In this document: piece after piece, positions 17,233 through 28,507 of the stretch | How the letters are laid out: each line of letters starts with the position of its first letter | Position numbering within the stretch: the first letter of the stretch is position 1 | From: Catajapyx aquilonaris | Taxonomy: Eukaryota | Assembly (NCBI GenBank): GCA_000934665.2 | Contig: JYFJ02003198.1 | Location: 1-45,231, forward strand | Direction of reading: 5' to 3' | Length of the DNA stretch: 45,231 nucleotides | Notes under the pieces: model-generated | The model's database searches: none | Told to the model about the DNA's origin: nothing | Seen by the model: the letters and a program-made list of their open reading frames with translations, nothing else | Program-made: the position numbers and the translations under genes

Positions 17233-18470
17233 TTACTGTTGGGCATGGGGACCAAAATTGGTCAAAAAGGCCTGTAGCTGTTGGTTGTTGTGATTGTGCT
17301 TAGCCTTTTCCTGATCCCTAAGCTCTTCCAGCTGGAGATTAATATTGCTAACCTCATGAATGGCAGTCTGCACTGTGGTGTGACTCTCATGTACAAGGGC
17401 ATTCCACTCATTGCACATAGCTGGAAAGATCTCGAGCAAGTGAGCAAATGGGTCTGGGGCACGACTGGAAGCAGATTCCTGGCCTTCTTGAGGTGGCATG
17501 TGTTGGCCACTGCCATCGTCCTGAAGTGATGAGTACTGGCCTTCGCCATCACCCAGAGCTGGTTCATACGGAAGATCACCACCCCGCATCATCATTGGCT
17601 GCTTGTTAGGACGTCCTTGCTGCTTCATTGCCATCTGACGTTGCCGTCGCTGCCATTCCCCAGGGTGGGTACGCTGCTCCTTCTTTCCACCATGTGGGAG
17701 ACTCATCCCTCTATGCATCCTCTTGTACCTTCTGAGCAATTACACGGTATAAGCACACAGAATGAACCACACAAGGTCCTGATTAGCAGAAGGAAGGACG
17801 AACCAGGTTTCATAGCCACATATGATACTAAATGAAAGTAAAGGTGAGAGTGCAGAACAACTTAGATACCAGTGTGCAATGTTCTTGTAATTATCACAAG
17901 AACATTATTGTTATACTCGTCGTTGCCAGGAATAGGCCAGTTTTTAAAATACAGATGCCATCCAAACGCTCGGTAAATCTTACAATTGCTCCAACTAGCA
18001 TGGCTCTGCTGTAGAGTTCTGACATTCCACAAAATGAGCAAGATTTTTTCTGCATGCCTTTGTATAGGCACAGAATGATTTAAAACAGCAAGTTAGATTC
18101 TACAGGTCAAATTAACAGGAACGACTCAGTAATATTAACAGAAACAAAGCATTTTGTGGTGTTCTATAACAGGGAACACGAGTGTAACAAAAGTGGGGAA
18201 GTGCACCCCTGTTTTATAATATATAGAACAACACTTTCAATCTGTTCCGCCTGTTCCTTCTATGCCTGCAGCGACTCGAGTGACTTACCCGGCATTCTGG
18301 TAGTTCTGGCCCGTGTTCTGGCCCATTCCCTTGCTCTCCCTATGATGCTGCTCTGCTGATGCCATCTCCTGTTCCCACTGCTCCCTCCAATGCTTCTTAG
18401 GTCGAACTCTTATTGTGCCCTCTCTTCCCTGCTTTGGGGCCATCTCCATGAGCCCATTTTGATCAGCCAT
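17233..18470 (-). CDS. Putative two-exon orphan ORF, 226 aa (Q/G/M/R-rich N-terminus, helical/coiled-coil-like C-terminus), inside a TE-derived segment
   Basis: Acceptor ctactttgcag before 18476, ATG at 18470, exon ends GCC GG|GTAAGT at 18289 (phase 2). Acceptor ttgctcag before 17731 continues in phase (GG+A, then RYKRMH...) and is open to TAA at 17233. No recognised family. The second acceptor has a weak pyrimidine tract. Confidence 0.45.
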
Positions 18471-18645
18471 TCTCACCTGCAAAGTAGGCTATATTCAGTG
18501 TGAGTGGGACGATCCTTGCACTCGCTGTGGAGTAGTCCAGTAGTCCTACCGAGAGGTCAGGGGTCAGGTCAAGTGATGCGGATTCGAGCGGATTGACTCC
18601 AGGGGCTTTCAAATATCTCCGAACACTGGAGTCAATTGAGGTCAA

Positions 18646-20248
18646 ACCAAATATTATTAACGCGCTTCGCTAATATGGGACACTCCCTCTACAGAAAACT
18701 GGCGAAGCTGCCGCGCGCGCCATCTGTTGGCTCGGGGTGGGGTTAGCCCCTCGGCCCGCAGCCACTATAGTGCAAATACGTCAATGTTTTTCAATTTAAA
18801 TTAATTATTTCACAGCGTTTACGTACATGACCCGTGCACCAAAAAATCAGAAATGATGTATATTAGGCCTACAGGTTAAGTATCCGGCTCTTTCGAGTGC
18901 TGACGCTCCATGCCACTAAGGAAAATGAAACGAAAGGGAAGCTATTTGTTTGGCTCTAATTACTAACGTAAATATCACGTAAGTGCTTAACAATGGATAG
19001 GTCAAACACTTCATACTGCTGATAAATGATGCCATGCAATTCATGCCATATCACAGGTAGTGGTTGAACTTAAGTTAAGTGGAATTAAGATTGTACATGT
19101 TTAAAAGAAACTCCAGGGAAGAATTTAACTAACAAGGTTTTAATTATGCTTTACTCAACATGAATGCACCCTACAGTGGTGCGTATTAAACTCTCAGATA
19201 ATATTACAATGCATTTAACACTCAGCACACATCCACAGCTATACCTGTTACCACACACCCAACCGATAATCCTCAGCACGAGACTACCAGCATAACTATT
19301 ACTGTCAAGAACAAGAGCCTAATAAAATTGTGCCCCTCTTGGCTGTACTTGGCTTAGTATAACTAGTTAGACTAACAGAAAAATATAAAAGCAGAAAATG
19401 CACGGAAGTCAATCAGTCAGGCACTCGGTAAGCCAAAGTCGAGAGCACATACGTTCCAGTACTCCCTCAGTTATGAAGCCAGCCCACTTTATCTACTATA
19501 TTCGATCATGATAGTGCAACTATCTTTGAGGCAAGTCACGAACAACTCAGACACCAAATTTCAAATTTAAATTTAACTTTGAAGGGAGAGACGAGTGTAC
19601 AATATCATTCATTCAATATCAAAGACGAGTTATTTACTGCGTGATTCGTAAGAATTGAATGTGAGATGTGTGCTGAGAGTTAAATGCATTGTAATTATCT
19701 GAGAGTTTAATACGCACCACAGTAGGGTGCATTCATGTTGAGTAAAGCATAATTAAAACCTTGTTAGTTAAATTCTTCCCTGGAGTTTCTTTTAAACATG
19801 TACGACTTAATTCCACTTAACTTAAGTTCAACCACTACCTGTGATATGGCATGAATTGCATGGCATCATTTATCAGCAGTATGAAGTGTTTGACCTATCC
19901 ATTGTTAAGCACTTACGCGATATTTACGTTAGTAATTAGAGCCAAACAAATAGCTTCCCTTTCGTTTCATTTTCCTTAGTGGCATGGAGCGTCAGCACTC
20001 GAAAGAGCCGGATACTTAACCTGTAGGCCTAATATACATCATTTCTGATTTTTTGGTGCACGGGTCATGTACGTAAACGCTGTGAAATAATTAATTTAAA
20101 TTGAAAAACATTGACGTATTTGCACTATAGTGGCTGCGGGCCGAGGGGCTAACCCCACCCCGAGCCAACAGATGGCGCGCGCGGCAGTTTGCCAGTTTTC
20201 TGTAGAGGGAGTGTCCCATATTAGCGAAGCGCGTATATAATATTTGGT
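18646..20248. repeat. Long inverted repeat, ~588-bp arms (18646-19233 / 19665-20248), ~430-bp spacer
   Basis: Arms are near-identical reverse complements with a few substitutions and indels; no TSD identified. Confidence 0.9.
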
Positions 20249-20404
20249 CATTGAACCGCGTTCGATTCATCCTACCCACACCACAATTCCACCATAAATG
20301 ATTTTATTTAAATTTGTAATTTTTTATTATTAGCCTACACATTATCATTTTATTACATCATTTGTATAAATTTATATAATATAAATTTTTGTTCTCGACC
20401 ACTC

Positions 20405-20480
20405 TCCCGCCAAATTACCCGCCAAGGGCGTGCGCGTGACGTCATCGGTCAATCACGTGATTAAGAGCTAAGGGCGGGAT
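20405..20480. promoter_or_regulatory. Dense motif cluster: three E2F-like sites, CRE and E-box
   Basis: TCCCGCCAAA 20405, CCCGCCAA 20418, TGACGTCA 20437, palindromic AATCACGTGATT 20451 and GGCGGGAT 20473, next to a very AT-rich tract (20300-20390). Confidence 0.4.
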
Positions 20481-20718
20481 TTTTTCCTGTGGATTTTTTC
20501 CCTTTAAAGATGTTTACAGGTTGTTCATGTGATTCATGCACAATGCACTTAACTTGAGCGTTACTATGCTAACGTTGTCATTGCATTCTTCATGACTGAT
20601 GGTTGAAACAGCGAGTTACCATGATATGGCAGCACCAAAATTCCACTGTAATCGTGCAAAACTTGGCTGCAAGCCTGCAACATACACTTATTGTTATTGA
20701 GAGTAATGCACAGTACTA

Positions 20719-21019
20719 ATGTACGGAAAATGAGAGAACGATCTGACGTCATCACAGTTTCCATGGAAATACCCTTCACAGGACAATATGAGTAAACAGT
20801 GTCAACAAAAAGCAACCATGGAAGAAACGATGACGTCAGATCGTTCTCTCGTTTTCCTTACGTTATATAGTGCGGAAAACCAAACGACGATCGTCTGACG
20901 TCATCTTTTCTTCCATTTTTGCTTTTTGTTGAGACTGTTTACTCATATATTGTCCTGTGAAGGGTATTTCCATGGAAACCTTGACGATGTCAGATCGCCG
21001 TTTCGTTTTCCGCACTGTA
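20719..21019. mobile_element. Two adjacent, oppositely oriented copies of a ~145-bp CRE-bearing MITE
   Basis: Unit 2 (20868-21017) has AGTGCGGAAAAC...GTTTTCCGCACT ends flanked by TA. Unit 1 (20719-20865) is its diverged inverse. TGACGTCA occurs at 20744, 20831 and 20896, with a degenerate site near 20985. Confidence 0.65.
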
Positions 21020-21513
21020 TAGATGACGCTTATTTACTATTTTATTTGATATTAATTGTAATTTTTGGCCAGTCATATCCGAAGCAGTCGCCCAATTGCC
21101 AATAAAACACCTTGTCTCAGGTTATAAAGTAACGTTACTATGGCAGGTACTGTAGGCCTACACGTGTTCGAATAAGTCACTCTTTCTTAGACAAGTGTTC
21201 GTCTAGATGCTAAGGCGATCTCTTCGTGATATTCAGGTAGTAGGATCAAATCCATTTCGAGAATAATTGTGTATTTTTATTCCCATATTTTCATGTTTTT
21301 CGAAGTAGTCTATTTGACCGGAGAGCTAGACCGTCTCTACATCCACAATCTCCTTGCAATACAGTTAGCTCTGTGGTAACACGACAGACTCTCCATTGAA
21401 GGGTTCTGGGATGTAATCCCGGTGCTTCAGTTGTGATCTGCTGAGAGAAAATAATTTGCAGCAGTCATCTCTGGTCATGCAAGATAATTCTCTAATCAAA
21501 AAACCTATTTAAG

Positions 21514-21730
21514 AACACGCTTTATGAGGTAGCGAACTCGATTCTGAGTGCAGCTGTCACTCCGCCGCGCTACTACCGCTAGTTGGTGCCGGTAGTTGGT
21601 GTGGAAGTTGCGAACTCATTCACACACGTGACTACTACGCGACCGCTAGATGGTATGGGAATGGCGAACTTGCTGCACGCATACTCACACACATTCGTGG
21701 CGGTGAAGCTAATATAAAGCGTGTAATAAT
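21514..21730 (-). mobile_element. Helentron-associated (HINE/DINE-1-like) short element
   Basis: 11-bp subterminal IR ACACGCTTTAT (21515) / ATAAAGCGTGT (21714). The minus strand begins TTATTACACGCTTTATATTAGCTTCACC followed by GT-rich microsatellite-like sequence; inserted in a T-rich site. Confidence 0.45.
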
Positions 21731-23266
21731 AAAAAATAATAAAAAAGGGACTTTAGTTACTGCAACCTGTGGACACAAATGAAACATCGTCATCTCGCTT
21801 AGGAAAGTAGACATTGTCCTGCCGCATCCTTCGGCGCATGAACTTTATTTCATACAAGTGTCTGTCAAAACCATTAGCATATAAACCTACCAATATGACG
21901 TTCATTGCTGTATAGAGGCAAAAGGGGGCAAGGTCGTCCACAAAGAGGTGCACATTTGTCCATGGACCACTGTGCCCCAGGGGGAAGAAACTGACATGAT
22001 TAGCGAATCATAGCTTCCATTGCAAATGACGCTTTCCAAATTTCCAGCATTTATGTAGGATACAAAGGATGATACTATTCAACAAATTTTTTACGTCAGG
22101 GTCATGCCAAGTACGTATCTATGCCTGGCATGGCATTTACTGTGAGGGTTAGAAGTTACTTGACTACCCTTCAAATAGCTTTCCCCTGATACACAGCAGG
22201 ATCACAGTCATATCACAGACTGTGGCTGTCATATGTTGGCAGGATGCACAATAGTGACTTGTTTCATGAGGTACCAGATGAAGACATTATTCAGGTTTCT
22301 TATTTTTAAGAATAGAAATGACCACTGTGCCCCGCTCTCCTCTACATTGCATCTTGAGGACATCTGAGAAGTGTAGGTTCAAGAAGCTGTTTGTCTATGT
22401 TATGATGTTTCACTTTTCAGGAGAGGCAAACAACAACTTTGCATTACACCGTACATTTCTATACGTCGTAATTAATTTCATTCACTGACATATGGGTGCA
22501 TTCTCTCTCGAATCACGCTCGTGTGATTTTCCAATCTTGTATCACAGCCATATCTATCAATAACAATACCAGCACATTTGGCCGGTCCTTCAACATAGTA
22601 TTTCCTAGGAAAGTTTTTATCTCATTTAAGGTGGAGGAGCACCTCTCAGGCTCTGACATCATGATCATGATCATGGTGATGACAATGTGCGTAAGCTTGA
22701 CTGTTTACGAAACTTATTCCTGAATATTTTATATGTCAGGAATGGTACAACTCTAGCAATCTCCTGGAACTCCTTCCTACTGTACAATACAACATCTTTA
22801 GCTCAGTAGTCAGTTTGTCTCTTTTCAGCATGGAAAATGACCTCACACATTCATTTGGAAAGAACTTCTGGTATTAATCACAATCCACAAGGAAGTAACA
22901 TTGCTTTCAGGTGACCCATATATTGGGAGCAGGTTTTCCCCTGGTTAACTACGATGTCTCACACTTCCTTTACTGACACTGTTCTGTTCAAATCATTAGG
23001 CCTACAGTTTCAACCACTCTCAGTAGCATCTTTGACTCTCTGTTATACCTTGCAATGCCACTGCAAAATTAGGAACTACAGTTTTAGCTTTAATTGCATA
23101 AATGTTGCAAGACCGTAGCTGTTGATATAGGCTGCTGATCATCACTGCGTCATCGCATCACCATATGTAAGAAGGATAGCCAAAAGTTGGAACTTATATA
23201 TGTTTTCATTCGTAAGCAACATGGATAGTATCACAGTTGAAAGCAGCTGATTCTGCCAGTCATATA

Positions 23267-23340
23267 CAGAGTGTTTCTAACTAGTCCAGCCAAAGGCCAT
23301 CAGTGTATACCTTGTCCCAAAACAAGTCGAAAATGTAAGG
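23267..23340. mobile_element. Left terminus of a CAGGGTGT-type Tc1-like MITE, interrupted by the foldback element
   Basis: TA-CAGAGTGTTTCTAACTAGTC...CCCAAAACAAGTCGAAAATGTA resembles the left arm of the element at 41265. Confidence 0.6.
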
Positions 23341-25551
23341 TGGGTGGTTCCATTTCAGATCAGCCAGTGAGTGAAAAAATGTGTCAGGTCATAGTCATCG
23401 ATTTTTTTGAAAAGAATATATGTGAAACCCACATCCAATTGAACTCTTATGGAGCAATCAGTTTTACCAGATTAAATTTAGTTATCGAGATATTAATATT
23501 TCTTTGAAGGGGTGCCAAAATCACAATCACGCGAAGACGCACTTTTTCCCGCTTTTTCCATTGCTTTCAATGAGGATATCTCGGGAACTGTTCTGAGAAC
23601 CAACATGAAATTTTAAACTCGTGCTTTTGGAATAACACACTGTCATTTAATGCATAAATGTATCTCATTTAATGGTACAGTCACCTGCAAAAAAATCACC
23701 AATCTTGCATATTTTGGTCAAAATGCGCATATTTCGCAATTTATTACGCCGTTATGGTAAACGTGACGGTTGTGCTGATTATATTTTGTGATATACTCGG
23801 TGACCCCCTCCAGGCTATGAAATAAAACCTTCGTTAGCTCCGCGTGTAGTTGAGATATGCGAGGTGAAAATATGGCAACAAGCGAAAACATGCATATTTC
23901 AAAAATTATTTTCTCAAAAAAGCCATTTTTAATATTTTATTTTTATTTTTTTATTTTAAAAGGACGGACATGTTATAAAATTAAGTAGTGTCAAAACCCG
24001 GTATATATTTCTTATACGTGAGATATAAATTTTTGTAAAGTCACAACTTTTGTAATATATAATAAATATTTTCTCGAAGAAGCAATTTTGAAAATTTAAT
24101 CGTTATTTTTTGTATAACAAAGTAGCATGAGTTCGATTATAAAATTATATCAAAATTCGGTATATATTTGTATTCAGTGAGACACGAATTTTTTTACAGT
24201 GATGATTTTTGTTTCTATGCAACAACATGCACATTTCAAAAATTAATATATGGAAAACGCCATTTTTAATATGCAATATTCTTTTATATTTCACAAAGGA
24301 AAGACCAGTTCTGTCATACAATAATATAAAAACCTGGTATAGATTCTTGATGGTACAAATTTATGAAAAGTGGTATTTTTGCTTTCGTTTAGTGTCTTTC
24401 AACACCCTTGCAGTTACTTCTAAAGTTATAAACTCATAATGAATTATAACAATAGTGAAATTTATTTATATTTCGTCAGTTGCAACACTCCGTATCCTAT
24501 CTCATAAACTTGGGTACAGTTGTTCGCATATTAATATGCGTGCACTGATATAGTCTAACTTTTGGTGTGAATTTCATTATAGTAGGGAACTTACATGACA
24601 GTACTTAAGTAGCAATCACTTCCTCTTGTCAGGAGAAGCATATGTCCGTGTCAATATTGTACATCCATTGTCCACGAACCAATGATGGCAACTTTGAATC
24701 CCTTTCGCTGCTGGAATGGCTGCCCATTCATCTTTTTTTTGCTTCCGGTATGCTTCCACTTTTCATAAATTTGTACCATCAAGAATCTATACCAGGTTTT
24801 TATAGTATTGTATGACAGAACTGATCTTTCCTTTAAGAAATATAAAAGAATATTGCATATTAAAAATGGCGTTTTCCATATATTAATTTTTGAAATGTGC
24901 ATGCTGTTGTTGCATAGAAACAAAAATCATCACTGTAAAAAAAATTCGTGTCTCACTGAATACTAATATATACCGAATTTTGATATAATTTTATAATCGA
25001 ACTCATGCTACTTTGTTATACAAAAAATAACGATTAAATTTTCAAAATTGCTTCTTCGAGAAAATATTTATTTTAAGTGTGCATATTGTAGCACAATATA
25101 TTACAAAAGTTGTGACTTTACAAAAATTTATATCTCACGTATAAGAAATATATACCGGGTTTTGACACTACTTAATTTTATAACATGTCCGTCCTTGCAA
25201 AATAAAAAATAAAAATAAAAAATTCAAAATGGCTTCTTCGAGATAATATTTATTTGAATTGTGCATTTTGTAGTACAATTACGAAAGTTGTGATTTTACA
25301 AAAATTTGTATCTCACGTATAAAAAATATATACGGGGTTTTGACACCAGTTAATTTTATACCATGCCTTTCCTTTTAAAATAAAAAATAAAAATAAAATA
25401 TTAAAAATTGCCTTTTTGAGAAAATAATTTTTGAAATATGCATGTTTTCGCTTGTTGCCATATTTTCACCTCGCATATCTCAACTACACGCGGAGCTAAC
25501 GAAGGTTTTATTTCATAGCCTGGAGGGGGTCACCGAGTATATCACAAAATA

Positions 25552-26320
25552 CGAGGGGGAATCAAATGAAAACGAGAATTATTTTTTTTACAATTGTTCT
25601 ACTATAATAATGATTGTGACAACTACACTATTTTTCCACATAGTCCCCTTGGCGTTCAATGCAAGTGCGCCACCTGGTAGGAAGCACCTTAATACCGCGG
25701 GAAAAAAATTCTTTCGATTGAGCTCGTAGCTAGTTGTGCACCGCCGCTTCCACTTCATCATTGGACTGGAACTTCTTTCCTCCTAGGTCTGCTTTCAATG
25801 GACCAAAGATGTGGTAATCAGATGGTGCTAAGTCGGGCGAGTACGGGGGGATGTGGCAGACACTTCAGAGGCCACTTCTTCCAGTGTGACACGGCGGTTT
25901 TCTTGAATCAGTCCGTCCACTGCTGCTATGGACTCTGGCGTCACTGCACGATGCGCCCGGCCAGTATACGGGCCCAGTATACGGGTCCTGTTGCGAATTT
26001 TTCGCACCACGCGTACACTCGCCCCTGCGACATGCACACGTCCCCGTATTTCAGGGCCATCCTGCGGTGGATTTCGATCGACTTAATCCCTTCACTCCGC
26101 AACAATCTCACGACGGCCCGCTGTTCTTCTTTGGTGCACTTCGTAAGTGTCGCCGCCATCTTGTGATGGCTGTCGGCTGACTCCAATGCCATCTAGTGGC
26201 ACGTACTTTTACTACTCGATCCACTATAGTTCTACCATTGTGTATGTAAGGTTTCAAGCGGCCAGGACGATTTTTGGATTTTTCAGGACACTTTTATCGT
26301 TTTCATTTGATTCCCCCTCG
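25552..26320 (-). mobile_element. 769-bp internally deleted mariner element
   Basis: TA|CGAGGGGGAATCAAATGAAAACGA...TCGTTTTCATTTGATTCCCCCTCG|TA; the empty site is present in the sister arm (~23774-23792). Confidence 0.93.
25628..26159 (-). pseudogene. Mariner transposase remnant (N-terminal HTH fused by deletion to the C-terminus)
   Basis: MAATLTKCTKEEQRAVVRLLRSEGIKSIEIHRRM...VYAWCEKF (Mos1-type HTH); a 13-bp tandem duplication causes a frameshift; then GRAHRAVT...LIQENRRVT, then YSPDLAPSDYHIFGPLK...RWRTCIERQGDYVEK*. Most of the catalytic core is missing and there is an internal stop. Confidence 0.9.
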
Positions 26321-26765
26321 TATAATCAGCACAACCGTCACGTTTACCATAACGGCGTAATAAATTGCGAAATATGCGCATTTTGACCAAAATATGCAAG
26401 ATTGGTGATTTTTCTGCAGGTGACTGTACCATTAAATAGAGTAAATTTATGCATTAAATGACAGTGTGTCATTCCAAAAGCATGAGTTTAAAATTTCATG
26501 TTGGTTCTCAGAACAGTTCCCGAGATATCCTCATTGAAAGCAATGGAAAAAGCGGGAAAAAGTGCGTCTTCGCGTGATTGTGATTTTGGTACCCCTTCAA
26601 AGAAATATTAATATCTCGATAACTAAATTTAATCTGGTAAAACTGATTGCTCCATAAGAGTTCAATTGGATGTGGGTTTCACATATATTCTTTTCAAAAA
26701 AATCGATGACTATGCCCTGACACATTTTTTCACTCACTGGCTGATCTGAAATGGAACCACCCAGT

Positions 26766-27126
26766 AATAAAAATAGGCAGTAAAACTGCAGAAAACTATT
26801 CTTCCTCTGGGTGAGATTAAAAGTAAGAAACAAGTCCATAGGTGGGGGTTGGTTCGTGTCATAGGGATGTGTGATAATCAAATTTAATTCAAAACATTCG
26901 TGCGTTGGGGCTGGGAAGAATTAGGCAGATATCGCTTTTATGTACTCCTCCGACTCTCATACTCTGCCTAATTCTTCCCAGCCCCAACGCACGAATGTTT
27001 TGAATTAAATTTGATTATCACACATCCCTATGACACGAACCAACCCCCACCTATGGGCTTGTTTCTTACTTTTAATCTCACCCAGAGGAAGAATAGTTTT
27101 CTGCAGTTTTACTGCCTATTTTTATT
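26766..27126. repeat. Palindrome with ~163-bp near-perfect arms and ~33-bp spacer
   Basis: AATAAAAATAGGCAGTAAAACTGCAG...GAATTAGGCAGA / TCTGCCTAATTC...CTGCAGTTTTACTGCCTATTTTTATT; begins 3 bp after the foldback element ends. Confidence 0.88.
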
Positions 27127-28507
27127 TAATTCTTTTCATCATCAGAATAAAGTGAAAATCTGCCCAAAATATTTCCCCCCTTCAACCTCCTGTGGGGGAA
27201 GTGGGCTCCAGACTGGGACCCCCCCCCCCCCCCCCCCCCNAGAAAGGGAGCGAGAGCCACAAAACTGACACTTTCGAAATCGCCTTGTAGCTCAAAAAGT
27301 AAAGGTTTTTCCCCAAAAAAGGTAGGCAGAGGGCACCCCCTGGGAACATTGCGGTTCGAATAACAGATTGTATGACCCTCTACGACGCACCGTTTAGGCT
27401 GTACCCTGGTGCGACTAACGACACTTTTTTGAACTTTGACCCCGGCTAATGGCCCCGGTAATGGCCCTAGTTGTTGTTTATCCATCTAAAGTTTGAAACT
27501 GTAGTGAGCGGAGTGTAAATCTTGTTTCCGATTTGAAATCGATTAACCCGATCGCGAGTTATGAAGTCGGGAAAATAGCATTGGGATAGTAGCGATTCCA
27601 TACTATTCGTTTTTGGCGGGTGCCGCTTCGCGGCGCAACCGGCAGGTGGAGTTGCCGGGGAATAGAAAAATCAGTCACTGGTACATGACAAGGACTTACT
27701 AAATATAAATTTTGTCCAACCACATGCCAAGGTACAAGTAACTTACCTTCCTCATTTTTGCTGGTGGTTGAACACATTCATCATTAGACAAACCATCTTT
27801 AGTGCTGTGAAAAGTGTCACACTTGCTCTCTGGAATCATTTTTTCTACGTCAACTGTGCTCAGTTGTGACTGCAATGAATAAATGTCAGAAAATAACTAC
27901 AGGCATATATACGTGAATAATGACCCAGACCCCTTTGCAGAGAAAAGAAATGCTTACCACTCGTTTTCTTATTTTGTGGTCACACATAAGTGTACACTGT
28001 ACAAGCCTAAATGTCTTATTCCCAAAGTAGCTTTTTAAATCCACAATCATGCTGTGATAGCATCTCTTGCTGCAGCAGTCACTGAAATAAACTGTTTAGT
28101 CAGCTGTGGCAGCCATATACCAGGTGGCAACAATAGAAAACAAGGAGGATGCAGAGAGAAGAAGGAAACTCTTGTGCACCTTGAAGCACCCATCATTTTC
28201 AGAAGTTTGGCAGGAAAAAAACTGAATGCGACCTGATCACATGACTGATATGTGACTTGATTGGTCAGGAGAATCTGAGAGTCCCTCCCCTGTAGCTGTA
28301 GCAATCTGGGCCAGAAATGCTACAGCTACAGACGTGCCTTTCAGAGCTTTTCCTAGCTGGTATTCCAGACCTCTGCCACAGCCCCCTCCAAGCTGTACAG
28401 TTGCAGTGAGAGGGCACTGTCACAGTGCAATTATACGTACATTAAAAAGTGGCTTTGGGAGTAGGCCTTAAGGGTAAATATTAAAATTGAATAGTTAGAT
28501 TTGAGTA

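Larger units (their letters stand above)
15425..22342. mobile_element. 6.9-kb TA-flanked DNA transposon derivative (Tc1/mariner-pogo superfamily-like ends) with nested cargo
   Basis: TA|GGGGAGACCGGGGTACAGTGGTC at the left and GACCACTGTGCCCCGCTCTCCTC|TA at the right. Subterminal ACCACTGT(A/G)C repeats lie near 15856 and 21966. A minus-strand remnant, YEIKFMRR...VYFPKRDDDVSFV (21753-21953), resembles C-terminal regions of some pogo-like transposases (weak). Confidence 0.6.
23341..26763. mobile_element. 3.4-kb foldback-type element with ~1-kb modular arms
   Basis: Left arm 23341-24373, spacer 24374-24755, right arm 24756-26763. Ends are TGGGTGGTTCCATTTCAGATCAGCC and its inverse. Inner arms are built of ~180-bp degenerate sub-repeats, with one extra unit in the right arm. 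The right arm also carries a mariner. A related fragment lies at 38363-38596. Confidence 0.85.

Noticed and set aside
20719..21019. Baculovirus/nudivirus hr-like origin or endogenous virus
   Set aside because: No viral ORFs nearby, and the unit has TA-flanked TIR ends typical of a MITE.
18646..27126. Long palindromes as whole-genome-amplification or assembly chimeras
   Set aside because: Arms differ by substitutions, module number and a one-sided mariner insertion, and related copies occur elsewhere, so a general artefact is unlikely. The 18646-20248 repeat still deserves a read check.
27219..27240. Poly-C run ending in N (another N at 35383)
   Set aside because: Sequencing or assembly ambiguity in homopolymers; adjacency across 27240 should be treated with caution.
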